A DNA stretch of 64,000 bases, from positions 164,176,001-164,240,000 of the forward strand of contig OZ024743.1 of assembly GCA_964016885.1 (NCBI GenBank), written 5' to 3'. The stretch is from Eledone cirrhosa. Its lineage: Eukaryota. Below, in pieces: positions 60,365 through 64,000 of the stretch; position 1 is the first letter of the stretch; every line of letters starts with the position of its first letter. The translations under genes were made by a program, and so were the position numbers. The notes under the pieces were generated by a model. It did no database searches and was not told the origin of the DNA. It was given only the letters and a program-made list of their open reading frames with translations.

Positions 60365-61111
60365 CTCTGTACCTAATCTTAAACACCGCCATCGCAGTAG
60401 CCAGGACACGCCGGCTCAATTTCCATGGGTATAATCAATCCTGTATCATACATCACTAAGGCACTCTATTTCAGCCACAGTAACATACTCCATTATAAGC
60501 TGTCCTTCCGCACTCCCTACATATGTATCTTTTAAGTAGTGTGTGTATTTTCTCTATGTATTCCATTATATAACACTGTATGTATGTTTTCATGTACAAC
60601 CCCAATGTGTATTTTTTATATATTTCTTATATATTTTTTATATATTCTTTATATATTTGTTATATATGTTTGGGGTATACCCTTTACATTATTCCTATGA
60701 GCTTCCCATATGTAATTTTGTTTAAGGTTTCTATATGTGGATTGATTCACGTTAGCACCATAATGCCAACTCTGTCAACATGTGCATCAAAGTGTGTCTG
60801 CATATAGTATATACCGTTATGTGAGATGCTGCATGCATTCACTGATGTATCCCTCATATGTGCTTTTATCATACTTTGCACGTATTTCCAACGTAATATT
60901 TCGATGTACAGCACCATGTGCCTGCTGCATGCACCGTCCAAATATTTTTATACAGTTTATATTCATATATGTGCGTACGTCTGTCTGGGTGTGAGTGCAT
61001 AAATGCGTGTGTGTGTGTGTGTGTGTGTGGGTATATATGTATGTGTGTATGTAAAAGTATGCGCACATATGCATGTGGGTGCGTGTGCATGCACGCACAT
61101 GTTTATATATA

Positions 61112-61228
61112 TAAATCAGTTCCTGTATGAGCAAGGCATGGTCAGCCGACCAGACACTGCCCACAACAGGACAACCCGTCTAACCCATGCTAGCATGGAA
61201 GAACGGACGTAAAACGGTGATGATGATA
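61112..61228 (+). mobile_element. RTE-C 3' tail inserted in the Penelope 3' region
   Basis: Matches 19081-19201. Confidence 0.88.
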
Positions 61229-61575
61229 TATATATGTCTGTGTATATTCGTGTGTGTGTGTGTATATAAGTATATATGTGCATATGTATATATATATGTG
61301 TGTGTGAGTAAGAGTAGGTTTAGATGAATGCATATGTAAGCACGTGTGTGTATCTATGGGTGCACATATGTGTGTATGTATGTACACGTGTAGGAAAAAA
61401 ATGTGTGTGTATATATATGTGTGTGAGTATATATATATATGTATGTGTGTGTGTGTGTGTGTATATGTGTGACGGTATGAATAGAGATATATGTATAAAC
61501 GTGGGTCCCATATGTGTACGTGTGGGCATGTGTCTGCGTATGAATGTACTTATATATGAGGTGAATATGTGTGTG

Positions 61576-61608
<33 letters not shown>

Positions 61609-62024
61609 ATATTTATGTATGTACATGTGTGAACGCAAGCACACAAGCTCTATGTGTGTGGGAGTGTGTGTGTAGATCCACACAGATAAGTGTACAATTA
61701 ATGGCTCGGAATGCCTCTACATAGGTGTGATAACATGTGTGTGCGGATGTATATGTATGGGGAGGCTGCCAAGCAAAGGATTGGCATGGGAAATAATAAA
61801 AACTCTACTACTAAACACAGCAGTAATTTTGTCGATGGAATTGGGGTGAGTGACAGTTCATGCCTGAATGGAGATGGCCAGTGGGCAGATTTCAGTGGTC
61901 AAGAACTATGATGACGTCACGAACCATCGACCAATCTAAGGGCCGCGCAAACAGGATGAAGGCAGATGATATGACTCAAAGGGTCAGAGCCCTGCAGAAA
62001 GAGAATTTGCTTCGAAATCACCAG

Positions 62025-62112
62025 ACGTATCTGAGGAACTTGCGAATCCAGAGTCAGGTTCGATCCACAAACAGATCGCACCTCGAGCTGTTCGCCAAAG
62101 AAACAATTGTAA
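62025..62112 (+). ncRNA. Hammerhead in the 3' pLTR, stem I disrupted by Helitron insertion
   Basis: ACGTAT-CTGAGGA...GAAA-CAATTG-TA-A then the Helitron; the pLTR resumes at 63368. Confidence 0.8.
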
Positions 62113-63367
62113 TCTATATATATAAAACTGAGGATGTCTGTCTGTGTGTATGTGAGTTAGAATCCCTAAAACTCGAGAAGCTCCCAACCGACTGTTTTCA
62201 AACTTTACACGTGTAATACTTATGTTTCATGGAGTGTTCTGAGCAAAAGAAATTTAAAATTTTCAATGACCTAGGGACCGCATTAGGTGATTTAGCGATC
62301 TCTCTATAATTCTTAGTCTTTCTCTTTTTAGATAGATACATACATATAACGTCGCACCCTTATAATATCTGTCTGTATGTCTGCATTACATCACTTCCCA
62401 CAATTCCGCCTGCCTCCGGTTATTCTTCCTTGCTCAAGACAAATCTCACACTCATTCCCCAAACAGTTGGTAAGTGCACACAACTTCTTCCTCACATTTT
62501 AAGCAACAGTGTTGCTTATTTACGTACCACCAGACCCTTACTTCTTTGCCAGCCGTCCTTGTGGCAATACTAAGCTTAGCTAAGGCGGTTATATATTTCG
62601 CACAACACTAAAAATGAAAACCGATAACTATGTATTAGTCAGTCTCTTCTTCATACCGTGAGCAAAGAAAATCCAACTTTTAGTGGAGCGAGTAAAATAA
62701 AGACGATTCTGCTGTGATTCAAAAATCAGGTTTGCAGGTTATATATTTCACACAACACTAAAAATTAAAGCCGGTAAAGAAAAACATCGCTATAATAGCT
62801 TCAGTTTTCACAGCGTTGCTTACTTACGTGCCTTTACGAGAACAAAAGTTACTCAGGGAGTCTTATGCACATAAAAAATTCAACTTTTTGATCACCTATT
62901 AGGTGAAAAACTGCGTTTTTTCAGCTTTTTAGGGGTATTTTGAGGCGTTATGTCAGACCGATTTCCTTGAAATTGTAACTATGTATTAGTCAGTCTCTTC
63001 TTCATAACGTGAGCAAAAAATCCAACTTTTTTATGGCCTAGGGCCCGCATTAGGTGAAAACCTTCATTTTTTTCAGCTTTTTAGGGCTATTTTTAGGCAT
63101 TACGTCCAATCAATATTTCCGAAATTTCAAGGCATATTATGCACATAAAAAAAATTTATTTTCTTGATGCCCTAGGGCCCACACTAGGTGAAAACCTGCA
63201 TTTTTCCTGCTTCATCAAGGAAAATCTTAAGGATTATCCAGCCATCAGAGTATTTGGTTTATTTACTTTACATATTGTCGAGGCATGAAGTTTTTCCACG
63301 ATTAGGTCTGCCGGCAGCCCGCGTTCCAAAATACCTTATCCCGTGCAACGCCGGGTACCACTGCTAG
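62113..63367 (+). mobile_element. Non-autonomous Helitron (1255 bp)
   Basis: A|TC start; subterminal hairpin CCCGtgcaacgcCGGG (63340-63355); CTAG|T end; no TSD; internal repeats of ctagggcccgcattaggtgaaaa. Confidence 0.9.
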
Positions 63368-63488
63368 TACATAAATTGTGTTCCAATGCTTCACTGATTC
63401 TTCATTTTCCATTTTATCATACTCTGCTCCGAAGGAGCATAGAGTGCTCAACCGGTATACCGCCTATGCACACATCCTAGCAACCATA

Positions 63489-64000
63489 CATCATCATCAT
63501 CATCATCATCATCATCAATGTTTAACATCCGTGTTCCACGCTTGCATGGGTTTGGAAGGGGGTTTTCCCACTTGAGGCAAGAGTGATTGTCTTGCTCGCA
63601 TAGGACTGTCTGGCAGGTTTTCTACAGTTGGATACCCTTCCTAACACCAACCACATTTACGGTGTGGGTCTGGGAGGTTTTTACCGTGTTGCCTACGTGG
63701 CCACATTACAGCGTGGACTGTGTGTTTTTTTGTCGTGACACCTACACGATCTCATTTGTTTCGGCCTGGATGGTGTGGCACCAACATAACTTTACATAGA
63801 AGGGGGTGGTGTGGATGGGGTGGGAGGGTGGGACGGGGGTGTATTTTGTTAGAGATGCCTACTGACTGTAGTAGGTTTTACTATGTATTTAGGTAAGGCG
63901 GGTCTTCTCTATTACTGAGTACCGCCAAAGGTCTCGGTTCAGTGACATTGTCTTGGAGAGGTGTAAGTGTGTGAGGTCGGAGTTTATCAGCTCGTCCCAG
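63489..64000 (-). mobile_element. RTE subfamily A 3' end, running off the window
   Basis: (CAT)n tail, A-type UTR and ORF end ([17 protein letters not shown]). Confidence 0.95.

Larger units (their letters stand above)
57327..63488 (+). mobile_element. Penelope-like retroelement (Naiad-type): inverted 5' pLTR, 5'-truncated RT/GIY-YIG ORF, 3' pLTR split by a Helitron
   Basis: 57327-57859 is the reverse complement of 61627-62112 plus 63368-63418; the ORF motifs are listed in the pseudogene entry. Confidence 0.92.

Noticed and set aside
62100-62115. 3' pLTR apparently ending at the ribozyme cleavage site
   Set aside because: The pLTR resumes at 63368; the break is a Helitron insertion, not an RNA end.

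Overview
This is AT-rich eukaryotic intergenic or intronic DNA. A cephalopod (octopus-like) origin is inferred from the SINE and RTE-tail repertoire and the kilobase (TA)n/(TATG)n arrays. I can support no host gene. The window is a mosaic of microsatellite arrays and mobile elements: a decayed CR1/L2-type LINE, many RTE-clade LINE copies from at least three subfamilies, a Penelope-like (Naiad-type) element, Helitrons, tRNA-derived SINEs, MITEs, and CRE and Tigger fossils. The main signal the ORF track misses is RNA-structural. About 15 intact or decayed minimal type I hammerhead ribozyme motifs occur, most with palindromic stem III. Many lie in non-coding units whose two ends are inverted copies of the ribozyme/3' tail, including a 341-bp near-perfect palindrome with two back-to-back hammerheads. 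Other highlights are a Helitron inserted 1 nt from a hammerhead cleavage site, a PHD finger inside the RTE reverse transcriptase, and an RTE 3' UTR built from repeated, covarying pseudoknot-like modules. All structures were paired by eye; no folding, alignment or database search was run.
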